Shown: positions 1 to 9,432, counted from the stretch's first letter. The stretch: DNA of 64,000 bases from an uncultured Candidatus Rokubacteria bacterium (GCA_963754315.1 CAVWFS010000015.1:86207-150206); one strand, 5' to 3'. Notes: generated by a model from the sequence alone, not told the origin. Program-made: numbers and translations.

Positions 1-980
1 AGGTGGGGGAGACCTTGGGCTCGTTGCGATAGGCCCGAGCGCGCTCACCATCGACCTCACCCTCGCCATACTGGCCGCGCACGGTGTCTCGCAAGACCTG
101 CTCGGGGCTCATGGGCCGGATGGACTTGAGGACCTTGACCTTCTCGTCGCGGACGGCGTCCGCCTCGAAGGAGGCGGGCGGCTCCATGGCCACCAGGGCG
201 AGGAGCTGGAACATATGATTCTGGATCATGTCCCGCAGCACACCCGCCGTGTCGTAGTAGTTCCCCCGATCCTCCGCCCCGACCGTCTCCGCCACCTTGA
301 TCTGGACGTGGTCGATGTATCGGCGGTTCCAGATGGGCTCGAAGAGGCCATTGGCGAAGCGAAAGACCATGATGTTCTGCACGGTCTCCTTGCCGAGGTA
401 ATGATCGATGCGATAGATCTGGTCCTCCCTCAACACACTTGCGATCTCGGAATTGAGGGCGCGTGCGGAGTCGAGGTCGCGCCCGAACGGCTTCTCGATG
501 ATCACCCGTCGCCACACGCCGGGATCTTCGCGCACCAGACCCGCGGCGCCGAGGTGGCGCACGACCTCGCCGAAGAAGCTCGGCGGCACTGCCAAGTAGA
601 AGAGAACGTTGCCGCCCGTGCCGTGGGTTCGTGCCACCTCGGTCAGCAAGGTGGCCAGCTGCCGGTACGTCTCGGGGTCGGTGAACTCGCCCGCCTGGTA
701 GTACAAGGCATCACGCAATTCCTTCCACAGCGCGTCGTCCACGCGCACGGTGGCGAAGTCACGGATATCCTGGGACTGTTCCTCGCGAAACTGCTCATGG
801 CTCTTTGGCTTGCGGGTGACCCCCACCACGGCCAGCTGATGAGGCAAGAGACCGTTGGCTTTGAGGTTGTAGAGAGCCGGCATCAATTTCCGCTTGGTGA
901 GGTCGCCGGCCGCGCCGAAGATGACGATCGTACAGGGGCGGGCCGGTCTGAGGAGCCCGGACATCGTGTTCTCGGTCATG
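1..980 (-). CDS. zwf: glucose-6-phosphate 1-dehydrogenase, N-terminal about 326 aa (3' end lies beyond window start)
   Basis: Reverse-strand translation from the ATG at 978-980 gives MTENTMSGLL...IVIFGAAGDLTKRKLMPALYNL (NADP-binding), EKPFGRDL and RIDHYLGKE signature motifs. It is absent from the ORF track only because it runs off the window edge. The overlapping 215..1252(+) and 57..515(-) track ORFs are antisense or out of frame. Confidence 0.9.
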
Positions 981-1200
981 GTGCTCGTCCTCCCTCCCGG
1001 AGCGTACCGGAAATCGATCTCAAGCGTCTGACCACCGGTGCATCGTGTCGGTTGCCTCGCATGCGGGCAGGACGGGGTGACAGGTACGCCAGACAGACAC
1101 GCCGCTCGGGTGATCGATGCACGGTGGGAGAACGGAAGGACACGCAGCCGACGACACGCGGGGGGGAGAATCCACGCGCCGCCGGCTGCGCCGGGGCGGG

Positions 1201-1353
1201 TTACTTCGCGGCGCTCTGGTTAGGGCGCCGTTGGCGGCCGCCCCCGAAGTAGTCGATATATCGATCGATCAGCCGGGGTTGATTCTCGAGAAGCAACGAC
1301 AGGTACAGTATGGAGTCGACGATGCGTCGCCGGGTGGCTATCTGGGTTGTCAT
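1201..1353 (-). CDS. unlisted 50-aa small ORF upstream of zwf (hypothetical)
   Basis: ATG at 1351-1353 preceded by GGGAGGGG 6 nt upstream; stop TAA at 1201-1203. Translation is MTTQIATRRRIVDSILYLSLLLENQPRLIDRYIDYFGGGRQRRPNQSAAK. No family recognised. Confidence 0.25.
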   Translation of the reverse strand: MTTQIATRRRIVDSILYLSLLLENQPRLIDRYIDYFGGGRQRRPNQSAAK

Positions 1354-1442
1354 GACCTACCCCTCCCGTTAGCCCTTAGACTCCCGGGGACCCATCCCCA
1401 TTCACACGTCTCGGAGGGCACTTCCTCGTCGTGCTCCGCGGG

Positions 1443-1628
1443 CTACAACGTTGCCACGTCCTCCTCCCGATCGCCGCGAGGGAGCCGGGCGGGCTCCTTG
1501 CCGCGATGGAGAAGATCACACAGGATGCGGTTGCCCTCGGCCCACCGATCGTCGCCGGACAACTGGTGATGTCCGCATAGAGAAGAGCCGTCGGTGAGCT
1601 CGGCTCCGCAGGAGGCGCAGAGGCTCAT
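1443..1628 (-). CDS. small Cys-containing (zinc-ribbon-like) protein, 61 aa
   Basis: Track ORF MSLCASCGAELTDGSSLCGHH... with four Cys. An RBS-like gaggagaag lies about 8 nt upstream of the ATG. Confidence 0.4.
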   Translation of the reverse strand: MSLCASCGAELTDGSSLCGHHQLSGDDRWAEGNRILCDLLHRGKEPARLPRGDREEDVATL

Positions 1629-1684
1629 AGGTCTTCTCCTCTGCCTGAAGAACCTCCCGCCGCCGCCGTTTGTTCCGAAACCTC

Positions 1685-2046
1685 CTAGCGATACTCCGGC
1701 GCCGCCACGCCCTCGATCGCGACGTTGACACAGGCGGGCAGACCCGACCTTAGGGCCCGGTCGAGGGCCGGCGCGAGGTCGTCGGCGTCCTCCACGAACT
1801 CACCGTGGGCGCCCAGGGCCTCCGCCAGCTTGTCGTAGCGTGAAAGCAGCAGCCGGCATCCGACGGCGCGCTCGCGCCGTAATGCCGGATCTGCAGCTGG
1901 TGCTCGGCGTTCCAGCAGGCGTCGTTTCCGATCACGGTCAGGATCGGCAGGATCTGGTTTCCCGACAGCGAGAAGAGGTGTCGCACGCCGGCCGCCACCA
2001 GCGCGTCAACCACGAGGTCAGCTCCTCGCAGGGGCATGGGCGTCAC
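1685..2046 (-). pseudogene. remnant of a TPP-dependent acetolactate-synthase-like gene (N-terminal 35 aa fused to C-terminal about 90 aa, plus a frameshift)
   Basis: The N-terminus MTPMPLRGADLVVDALVAAGVRHLFSLSGNQILPI is a typical TPP-enzyme N-terminal domain. It runs directly into LTVIGNDACWNAEHQLQI, which corresponds to the C-terminal ...LPVKIVVLNNG..QWQ region. The final C-terminus YDKLAEALGAHGEFVEDADDLAPALDRALRSGLPACVNVAIEGVAAPEYR* is only readable in the +1 frame. About 400 codons are missing. Confidence 0.5.
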
Positions 2047-2079
2047 GCGGCCTCTGCGCGTTCGTTACAATACGGCTCC

Positions 2080-2607
2080 GTGGCCGAGCGCCGGAACCGG
2101 CACCACCTGTTTGTCATCGTCCATCTGCTGGCGCTGGCGATCGGGCTCGGCACGGCGTCGACGAGTGCAGCCGCCGATGCCCCCGGCGGCCTGGTTGGCC
2201 TGCGTCGGGTGAGTGTGCTTGTCGATCTGGAGCATCCCATCGACCCCGTGTCCGTCGAGGACTTGGTGACGCGCGTGGAGGAGGCCTTGCGGGGGACAGA
2301 GCCGCCCCTGGCCATCCACGAACCCGCCACCGACAGGATTCGGCTCATCGTCTCCGTGGGCCCGGTGAGCGCCACGACGCTCCGTGGATTCTGGCTCCCC
2401 CTGTCAGGCACGTACGGGATCGGTTCCGTCCGGCTGGCCGTGGAACGGCTGGTGACCCTGCCGGGCGCGCCACACAAGTTGACCGCCACCGTATGGCAGA
2501 CTGACCGTCGTGTGGCCGGGCCGTGGCGCACGATCGGCCCCGAGACGATGCATGCCGTCGACGAGTTGCTGGCCGAGCTTCTGGAAGCCCGCCGCCAGGT
2601 ACGGTGA
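2080..2607 (+). CDS. hypothetical secreted protein (Sec-type signal peptide)
   Basis: GTG start at 2080 gives (M)AERRNRHHLFVIVHLLALAIGLGTASTSAAADAPGG...: positively charged N-region, hydrophobic core, A-x-A motif. The remaining about 140 aa have non-biased composition. Start is uncertain. Confidence 0.5.
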   Translation: MAERRNRHHLFVIVHLLALAIGLGTASTSAAADAPGGLVGLRRVSVLVDLEHPIDPVSVEDLVTRVEEALRGTEPPLAIHEPATDRIRLIVSVGPVSATTLRGFWLPLSGTYGIGSVRLAVERLVTLPGAPHKLTATVWQTDRRVAGPWRTIGPETMHAVDELLAELLEARRQVR

Positions 2608-2610
2608 GCC

Positions 2611-2802
2611 CTACTGAGCTTGAAAGCCGACCTTGTTATGGGTGCCGTCGCAGAACGGCTTTGTCGTGGAGCTGCCACACCGACAGAGGGCAATCCGCGG
2701 ACGGGCGCTCGTATCGATCTTGTTGCCGGCGGGATCGAGGACCTCGACCTCGCCCTCGATCAGGTAAGGTCCGTTGGGGCGGCAGGCAATCTTGACGGTC
2801 AT
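2611..2802 (-). CDS. CDGSH iron-sulfur domain protein (mitoNEET-like), 63 aa
   Basis: MTVKIACRPNGPYLIEGEVEVLDPAGNKIDTSARPRIALCRCGSSTTKPFCDGTHNKVGF carries the CxC-x2-S-x3-P-x-CDG(S/T)H signature. RBS aagggggac lies 5 nt upstream of the ATG at 2802. Confidence 0.75.
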   Translation of the reverse strand: MTVKIACRPNGPYLIEGEVEVLDPAGNKIDTSARPRIALCRCGSSTTKPFCDGTHNKVGFQAQ

Positions 2803-2896
2803 CACGGTCCCCCTTTGTGCGCGGCTCAGCCGCGTCGGGCCTACACTACCACGGTGAGAACGTTGCGTTGCAGCGCACACGGCGTACACTCGGGCC

Positions 2897-4258
2897 ATGA
2901 ACGAGCCGGGCGCGATCCTGCTCATCGCCTGTTATGAGCTGGGTCACCAGCCCCTTGCCGTCGCCTGGCCTGTCGCCTTCCTGGAACGTGCGGGGTATAC
3001 GCCGGACGTGCTGGACCTCTCGGTCGAGCCGTTTGATGCCGAGAAGGTGCGGCGTGCACGACTGATCGCCCTCTCCGTACCCATGCACACGGCGCTCCGG
3101 CTGGGGGTGCACGTCGCCGAGCGCATCCGCGCCCTCAATCCCGGGTGTCATCTGGCCTTCTATGGTCTCTACGCGACTCTCAACGCCGACTACTTGCGCG
3201 AGCACGGCGTCGACTCGGTACTCTCCGGTGAGGTCGAACAGGCGCTCGTCGAGCTCGCGAATGCGCTCGAGGGCAATCACCGTCCCCTGCACTCGCCCGC
3301 ACCACGGCTCGAGAAGCTCAGCTTCCCTCCCCCGAGCCGTCGTCTGCTTCCGGATCTGAAGAGATACGCCCGCCTCGAGCACGGCGGGCGTCAGGAGCTT
3401 GCCGGGCACGTGGAAGCCAGCCGCGGCTGTCGGCATCTGTGCGCGCACTGTCCGATCCCGCCGATCTACGGTGGGCGCTTCTTCGTGGTCCCGCGCGCGG
3501 TCGTGCTCGCCGACGTGAGACAGCTCGTTGAGGCCGGGGCCGCCCACATCACCTTCGGCGACCCGGACTTCCTGAACGGCCCCAAGCATGCCTTTGCCGT
3601 GGCGCAGGAACTCCACGCCGAGTTTCCTCACCTGACGTTCGACGTGACCGCCAAGATCGAGCACTTGCTCCGGCACCGGCACCGGCTGCCCGAGCTTGCC
3701 ACTGCCGGTTGCCTGTTCATCGTGTCTGCGGTGGAGTCGCTCAGCGATGTCGTGCTCGGTCACCTCGCCAAGGGCCATTCGCGCGCCGACGTCCTCGAGG
3801 CCCTGCACGCGGTGCGCGGGTCCGGCATGACCTTGCGCCCGACCTGGGTCCCGTTCACACCGTGGACCACCCTCGACGACTACCGCGAGATGCTGGACTT
3901 CGTGGAGCGGGAGCATCTCATCGATGCCGTGGACCCGGTCCAGTACTCGATCCGGCTGCTGGTCCCTCCGGGCTCCCTGCTTGCGACCAGCCAGGCCATG
4001 CGCCCACACCTCGGGCAGCTCGTGGCCAAAGACTTCTACTACGAGTGGACGCATCCCGACCCGTCGATGGACACGCTCCAGCGGGCGGTCGCCTCCCTGG
4101 TAGAGGACGCCGCCGCGCGCGCAGAGGACCCGGCGGTCACGTTCGGGAGGATCCGCGACACGGCTGAGGCGGCCGCCGGATGCCCTCCGCGATCGGCCCC
4201 GATTCTGCCCGCCGGACGGCCACGCGCGCCCCGACTCAGCGAGCCCTGGTTCTGCTGA
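2897..4258 (+). CDS. class B radical SAM enzyme with N-terminal cobalamin (B12)-binding-like domain
   Basis: N-terminal Rossmann-like segment ILLIACYELGHQPLAVAWPVAFLERAGY... The CxxxCxxC cluster CRHLCAHC sits in ...HVEASRGCRHLCAHCPIPPIYGG, followed by a TIM-barrel-like region. 453 aa. Confidence 0.85.
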   Translation: MNEPGAILLIACYELGHQPLAVAWPVAFLERAGYTPDVLDLSVEPFDAEKVRRARLIALSVPMHTALRLGVHVAERIRALNPGCHLAFYGLYATLNADYLREHGVDSVLSGEVEQALVELANALEGNHRPLHSPAPRLEKLSFPPPSRRLLPDLKRYARLEHGGRQELAGHVEASRGCRHLCAHCPIPPIYGGRFFVVPRAVVLADVRQLVEAGAAHITFGDPDFLNGPKHAFAVAQELHAEFPHLTFDVTAKIEHLLRHRHRLPELATAGCLFIVSAVESLSDVVLGHLAKGHSRADVLEALHAVRGSGMTLRPTWVPFTPWTTLDDYREMLDFVEREHLIDAVDPVQYSIRLLVPPGSLLATSQAMRPHLGQLVAKDFYYEWTHPDPSMDTLQRAVASLVEDAAARAEDPAVTFGRIRDTAEAAAGCPPRSAPILPAGRPRAPRLSEPWFC

Positions 4259-4355
4259 GCGGAACCTACTCGGGGCCAGTTGGCCCTCACGGAAAAGTCG
4301 GCTACAGTAGGAGTTTGAGACGGTTGGTGACAGCATAGGTTCGAGAGGTGACACC

Positions 4356-4637
4356 ATGAGTGACGAGCTGAAGGCAAAGGTCCAAGAGCTCATCGATTCG
4401 ACCATCAATCCGGCTGTGGCCGGTCACGGCGGCTTCGTCGAGCTGATCGATATCCAGGATAGCCGCGTTTATCTTCAGCTAGGCGGGGGATGCCAGGGCT
4501 GCGGCATGTCGGACGTGACCCTGAAGGCCGGCATCGAGCGGCTCATCAAGGAGGAGATCCCGGAGGTCGCCGAGGTCGTGGACACCACCGACCACGCCTC
4601 CGGATCCAACCCCTACTACACGCCCGGCAAGGCCTGA
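4356..4637 (+). CDS. NifU-like (Nfu-type) Fe-S cluster carrier domain protein, 93 aa
   Basis: ...GGFVELIDIQDSRVYLQLGGGCQGCGMSDVTLKAGIERLI... has the CxxC motif of the NifU C-terminal domain. RBS gagagg lies upstream of the ATG. Confidence 0.8.
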   Translation: MSDELKAKVQELIDSTINPAVAGHGGFVELIDIQDSRVYLQLGGGCQGCGMSDVTLKAGIERLIKEEIPEVAEVVDTTDHASGSNPYYTPGKA

Positions 4638-4663
4638 GCGCCCGGCGCTCAGTCGAGGGGCAC

Positions 4664-5920
4664 GTGGATCGCCTGCTGCTCCTCTTACCAACCACGACGT
4701 ACCGGACCGAGGATTTCCTCGAAGCCGCCAGCCGCCTCGGGGTTGACCTCGTGTGCGCGTCAGAGAGCCCCAGCACCTTCGAAAGCCACGCGCCCGATAG
4801 GCTGTTGACCCTGGACTTGACGGATCCGGAGGGGGCGGCCAGCACGACCGCCCGCTTCGCCGAGCGTTACCCAATCCACGGGGTCGTGGGGGTGGACGAC
4901 AGCACCACGGTCGTGGCGGCTGCCATTGCCGCGCGGTTGGGTCTTCGGGCAAACTCCATCGGCTCCGCGGCCGCCGGCCGAAACAAGCGGCTCATGCGCG
5001 ATCGGCTGGCCGCCGCTGGCGTTCGTCAGCCAGCCTTTCGCCCGTTGCCTCTGGACGGCGATCCGCTTGCTCTGGCCCAGGAAGTCGACTATCCGTGCGT
5101 GCTCAAGCCTCTCGCGCTGTCCGCCAGCCGTGGGGTGATCCGCGCCGACGACATTGGCCAGTTTACCGATGCCATGCTTCGCATTCGGGCGATTCTGGGC
5201 CGCGACGACGTCGCGGTGAGTGAAGAGGCGAAGAAAACATTCCTGGTCGAGAGCTTCATCCCCGGCTGCGAGGTTGCCCTGGAAGGGTTGCTGGTCGAGG
5301 GCGACTTGCGCGTGCTGGCCATCTTCGACAAGCCCGATCCCCTCGACGGACCATTTTTCGAGGAGACCATCTACGTCACGCCGCCACGTCTTGCTTGTGA
5401 CGTCCAGAAGGCCATCGCCCACACGACGGCGGAGGCCTGCAAGGCCCTTGGGCTCACCAGCGGGCCCATTCACGCAGAGTTGCGCCTGAACGATGACGGG
5501 CCATGGGTGATCGAGGTTGCCGCGCGCTCCATCGGCGGGCTTTGCTCTCGTACCTTGCGGTTCGGGACGGGTATGAGCCTGGAGGAGCTGATCCTTCGCC
5601 AGGCCCTCGGCTGGCCCCTGATGTCAACCGAACGAGACGATCGGGCAGCCGGTGTCATGATGATTCCAATTCCGCGGGCCGGTCGGCTGGCCGGCGTGCA
5701 GGGAGTGGAGGCCGCCAAGGCCGTCCTGGGAATCGAGGACGTCGTGATCTCGGCTCACCTCGACCAGGAGCTGATCCCCTTGCCGGAGGGCTGGCAATAC
5801 CTCGGCTTCATCTTCGCGCGGGCCCAGACCCCGGCCGACGTGGAGGCGGCCCTGCGCGATGCCCACGCGCGGCTCCGCTTCGACATCGCCGAGCCGGCCA
5901 GGAGACCACTACCGTCATGA
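4664..5920 (+). CDS. ATP-grasp superfamily ligase (carboxylate-amine ligase type)
   Basis: Pre-ATP-grasp N-domain, then CVLKPLALSASRGVIRADD, FLVESFIPGCEVALEGLLVEGDLRVLAIFDKPD, and GPIHAELRLNDDGPWVIEVAARSIGG, typical of ATP-grasp B and C subdomains. Start is taken at GTG 4664 (MDRLLLLLPTTTYRTEDF...). The track ORF 4490..5920 carries a low-complexity N-terminal extension. Confidence 0.7.
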   Translation: MDRLLLLLPTTTYRTEDFLEAASRLGVDLVCASESPSTFESHAPDRLLTLDLTDPEGAASTTARFAERYPIHGVVGVDDSTTVVAAAIAARLGLRANSIGSAAAGRNKRLMRDRLAAAGVRQPAFRPLPLDGDPLALAQEVDYPCVLKPLALSASRGVIRADDIGQFTDAMLRIRAILGRDDVAVSEEAKKTFLVESFIPGCEVALEGLLVEGDLRVLAIFDKPDPLDGPFFEETIYVTPPRLACDVQKAIAHTTAEACKALGLTSGPIHAELRLNDDGPWVIEVAARSIGGLCSRTLRFGTGMSLEELILRQALGWPLMSTERDDRAAGVMMIPIPRAGRLAGVQGVEAAKAVLGIEDVVISAHLDQELIPLPEGWQYLGFIFARAQTPADVEAALRDAHARLRFDIAEPARRPLPS

Positions 5921-6678
5921 CCCTCACCGAGATCGCCCAGAGCCTTCAAAGCTCCCTTTCGCTCACCTGGTCACCGGTGGCGATAGCCCTCACCGATTCG
6001 GCTCCGGCTGGCGTCCCCGCCTTCAGCGGCAAGGTGGCCGCCGGCTGCCGCTTCTGGCAGGAAGCCGCCACCCGGACGTTCGTGACCGCGCCACGTGACC
6101 ATGACCTGTGCGCGATCGGGACTTTCACCCATAACCTCGAGGTGAGTGCCGCCCACGAGACCGACCGGCGGGACGCGCTTCACGTTTTCGCCGACCTCGG
6201 CTACGTGCGCCCGGAGGATATCCCCAACATTCCCGTACTCGCCCGGCGACCGGCCTTCGTGGTGTACGGACCCCTCGCCGATTCGCCGCTGCCACCCGAC
6301 GTCGTGCTGCTCTTCGTTCGTGCCGACCAGACGCTCATCCTGTCCGAAGCCTCACAGTCCCTGGAAGGCGGCCTCCCGCCGGCCATGGGCCGTCCGGCCT
6401 GCGCGATCATCCCTCAGGTCAAGAATACCGGCCGTGCGGCCCTGAGCCTGGGCTGCTGCGGAGCGCGGGCCTACCTCGACATCCTCACCGACGACGTGGC
6501 GCTCTACGCGATTCCCGGACCTAGCCTCGAGGCCTTTGCGCTACGGGTCACCGAGCTGGCCAAGGCCAACCAGACCCTGAGCATCTTCCATCGCATCCGG
6601 CGGAAGGACGTGGAGGGCGGGAAGACCCCCACGATCAAGGAATCACTGGCGGCCATGGCCACTGGCGGCGGAGGCTGA
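5917..6678 (+). CDS. DUF169 family protein (uncharacterised)
   Basis: MTLTEIAQSLQSSLSLTWSPVAIALTD... matches the DUF169/COG2043 architecture. Its ATG overlaps the TGA of the ATP-grasp gene (ATGA), indicating translational coupling. Confidence 0.7.
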   Translation: MTLTEIAQSLQSSLSLTWSPVAIALTDSAPAGVPAFSGKVAAGCRFWQEAATRTFVTAPRDHDLCAIGTFTHNLEVSAAHETDRRDALHVFADLGYVRPEDIPNIPVLARRPAFVVYGPLADSPLPPDVVLLFVRADQTLILSEASQSLEGGLPPAMGRPACAIIPQVKNTGRAALSLGCCGARAYLDILTDDVALYAIPGPSLEAFALRVTELAKANQTLSIFHRIRRKDVEGGKTPTIKESLAAMATGGGG

Positions 6679-6725
6679 GCGCGAGGGCGCCCCGTCCTGG
6701 CCCACCGCCCCAAGGAGGTTCGACG

Positions 6726-8504
6726 ATGCCGTCGACGAAATTCGCGAATCTCGTGGAGATGTTCGAGCGCTCCGCCAGCACGTTTGCGTCCCATCCGCTG
6801 TTCGGGCTCAAGCGGGGCGGCCAGTGGTCGTGGATCACGTACCAGGACGTCGCCCGGCAAGTCGACGCGTTCCGGGGCGGCCTGGCCGGGCTCGGGGTAA
6901 AGCGTGGCGACCGCGTCGCCATCGTCTCCAACAATCGGCCGGAATGGGCGATCAGCGCCTATGCGTGCTTCGGCCTCGGGGCCTCGCTGGTGCCCATGTA
7001 TGAGGCGCAGCTACCCACGGAGTGGGGCTACATCTGCGCGGACTGTAGCCCGGTGGCCATCATCGCCGCCACCGGTGAGATCTTCGACAAGTGCCTGGCG
7101 TTGCCCAAGAGCGTGTCCGCCATGAAGCACGTCCTCGGACTCGCGCTGCCCTCGGATCATCCGAGCTCGTTCGAGGGCGTGCTGGCCGCCGGCACACGGA
7201 ACCCCACGCCGGCCATACGTCCCGAGCCCACGGACACCGCGTGCCTCATATACACGTCGGGCACCACCGGCTACCCCAAGGGTGTCATCCTTTCGCACAG
7301 CAACATCGCGTCGAACATCAGCGCCGTGCACGAGATGATGCCCATGGGCGGCCAGGACAGAAGCCTCTCCTTCCTTCCCTGGGCCCACTCCTTCGGACAG
7401 ACGTGCGAGCTGCACGCGCTCCTCTCGCTGGGTGCATCCATGGCGCTGTGCGAGGACGTGACCAAGCTGGTCGAGCAGCTGCCCGAGGTGAGGCCGACCC
7501 TGCTCGTGAGCGTCCCGCGCGTCTTCAACCGCATCTACGACGGCGTGCACCAGCAGATGGCCAGCAAACCCAAGGCCATCCAGAAGCTCTTCCACAATGG
7601 CCTGCGCGCGGCCAGCAAGCGACGCCAGGGCGCTGTCCTCGGCACCGGGGAGAGGCTCGTCCTCGCGCTGGCTGACCGCCTCGTGTTCTCGAAGATCCGG
7701 GCTCGGTTCGGGGGACGTATGAAGTACGCCTTCAGCGGAGGGGCCGCCCTCGCGCGCGAAGTGGCGGAGTTCATCGACAGCCTCGGGATCACCGTATACG
7801 AAGGGTACGGTCTCACCGAGACCAGTCCCATCGCCACCGGTAACCGGCCCGGTGTTCATCGCATCGGCAGCGTGGGCAAGCCGATCCCGGGAGTGCGGAT
7901 CGAGCTCGATCAGAGCGCCTCGACCGAGGGTGGTGAGGGCGAGATCGTCGTGTACGGCCCCAACGTGATGCAGGGTTATCACAATCAGGAAGCGGAGAAC
8001 CGCGCCGTCTTCACGTCCGACCGAGGCTTCCGCACCGGGGACCTCGGGCGCTTCGACGGGGACGGCTTCCTCTACATCACCGGGCGCATCAAGGAGCAGT
8101 ACAAGCTCCAGAACGGCAAGTACGTGGCGCCGGCCCCCCTCGAGGAGCAGCTCAAGCTATCGCCCTACATTCTGAACGCCCTCCTGTTCGGCGATAACCG
8201 GCCACACAACGTCGCGCTCATCGTGCCGGACATGGCTTCCCTCAAGCAGTGGAGCACCCGGCACGGGATCGTGACAACCAGTGACGAGGAGCTGCTCGCT
8301 CATCCGCGAGCGCTCGCCCTGATCCAGGAGGAAGTCGACCGGTACGCGGCTGGCTGGAGAGGGTTCGAACGGGTCCACAAGGTGACCCTCATCGCCGAGG
8401 ATTTCACCACGCAGAACGGTTACCTCACCCCCACCCTCAAGTTGAAGCGGCGGGTGGCGCTGCAGACTTACGGGCCCCGCATCGAAGCCCTGTACCGGGA
8501 GTAG
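6726..8504 (+). CDS. long-chain fatty-acid--CoA ligase (AMP-forming, FadD15-like)
   Basis: 592 aa with AMP-binding motif LIYTSGTTGYPKGVILSH, and YGLTETSP, GDLGRFDGDGFLYITGRIKE. RBS caaggagg lies upstream of the ATG at 6726. Confidence 0.85.
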   Translation: MPSTKFANLVEMFERSASTFASHPLFGLKRGGQWSWITYQDVARQVDAFRGGLAGLGVKRGDRVAIVSNNRPEWAISAYACFGLGASLVPMYEAQLPTEWGYICADCSPVAIIAATGEIFDKCLALPKSVSAMKHVLGLALPSDHPSSFEGVLAAGTRNPTPAIRPEPTDTACLIYTSGTTGYPKGVILSHSNIASNISAVHEMMPMGGQDRSLSFLPWAHSFGQTCELHALLSLGASMALCEDVTKLVEQLPEVRPTLLVSVPRVFNRIYDGVHQQMASKPKAIQKLFHNGLRAASKRRQGAVLGTGERLVLALADRLVFSKIRARFGGRMKYAFSGGAALAREVAEFIDSLGITVYEGYGLTETSPIATGNRPGVHRIGSVGKPIPGVRIELDQSASTEGGEGEIVVYGPNVMQGYHNQEAENRAVFTSDRGFRTGDLGRFDGDGFLYITGRIKEQYKLQNGKYVAPAPLEEQLKLSPYILNALLFGDNRPHNVALIVPDMASLKQWSTRHGIVTTSDEELLAHPRALALIQEEVDRYAAGWRGFERVHKVTLIAEDFTTQNGYLTPTLKLKRRVALQTYGPRIEALYRE

Positions 8505-8513
8505 GGCCGACGG

Positions 8514-9432
8514 TCAGTCGGGGTCGGGGTCCGGGTTCGCAGTACCGATGCTAGCCGTTTCCCGCCCCATCCGTCGGAGCCAGGCTTCGACCACGGCGAC
8601 GAAGCGCGTGGGCGCTTCCAGCTGGGGGACGTGGCCGACGTCATCGAAAATCTCGAACGCCCAGTCAGGGCGCTTTCGAGCCAGCGCCTGGGAAGCGGCC
8701 AACGGCACGAGCCGGTCTTTGGTGCCCTGGATCAGCAGGGTGGGGGCAACGATCGTGCTGACCATCGCGTCGTACAGTCGGCGGCGGCGCAATATGCCCA
8801 GCAGGGAGCGCGCAGCCTCCAGAAACGTCCGATTCGCCGCTGGCATTGTCGTGAGCCGGTCGGCGGTGAGCGCGACGTGCGCTCGGCGTACATCGTCCGG
8901 AACACGGGATGGATCGACACAGAGCAGGCGGAGCACCTCGCGAACGAGGCCCTCGGGACCCAGCCGTTCCCCGCGCCGGCGGAGATACCACTCGCCGACC
9001 CATGGGATCGAGTAGATGGCGAAGGCCTGCAAGATCTCGCGGTCGACCCGCGTCCCGGCCGGGAGGGGCTGCGCCGGCGCCACCAGTACGAGCCCGGCCA
9101 CGTTCTCGGGGTGGAGGGCGGCCTCCATCATCGCGATAAGCCCTCCCATGGAATTGCCGACAAGGATGACGGGCTGGCCAACCGCAGCGAGAAATCGATG
9201 CAAGGCATTCCCGATTGGCGGCAACGCGGGCCGAGCGCCCTGCCGGTGGCGTTCGGCCGAATCCTGGGAGATCCGGAGCGATGACCTGTGCCCGCTCCGC
9301 TAGCCTTGGCGCCACGGCCAGCCAGTTCGCATGCGAGCCGCCGAGTCCGTGGACGAGGACCAGACGGGAACCGGAGCCGCCGAAGTCCGCACAGTGCACG
9401 GGTCCGCCTGCGTCGACCGTTCGCATGTGCAT
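8514..9432 (-). CDS. alpha/beta hydrolase, interrupted by a single-base frameshift near 9205
   Basis: The N-terminal part is in the frame of track ORF 8665..9492 (MHMRTVDAGG...LVLVHGLGGSHANW...APDLPGFGRTPPAGRSARVAAN). The C-terminal part is in the frame of 8514..9224 (IGNALHRFLAAVGQPVILVGNSMGGLIAM..., the GxSxG nucleophile elbow). Confidence 0.6.

Noticed and set aside
215-1252. 345-aa plus-strand ORF (and 57..515 minus) over the start of the window
   Set aside because: It is antisense or out of frame to the clearly recognisable zwf gene, has a low-complexity Arg/Gly/Pro-rich translation, and is a typical high-GC artefact.
2846-4408. 520-aa minus-strand ORF
   Set aside because: It is fully antisense to the radical SAM gene, which has the CxxxCxxC motif. 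It has no motifs and an Arg/Gly-rich composition.
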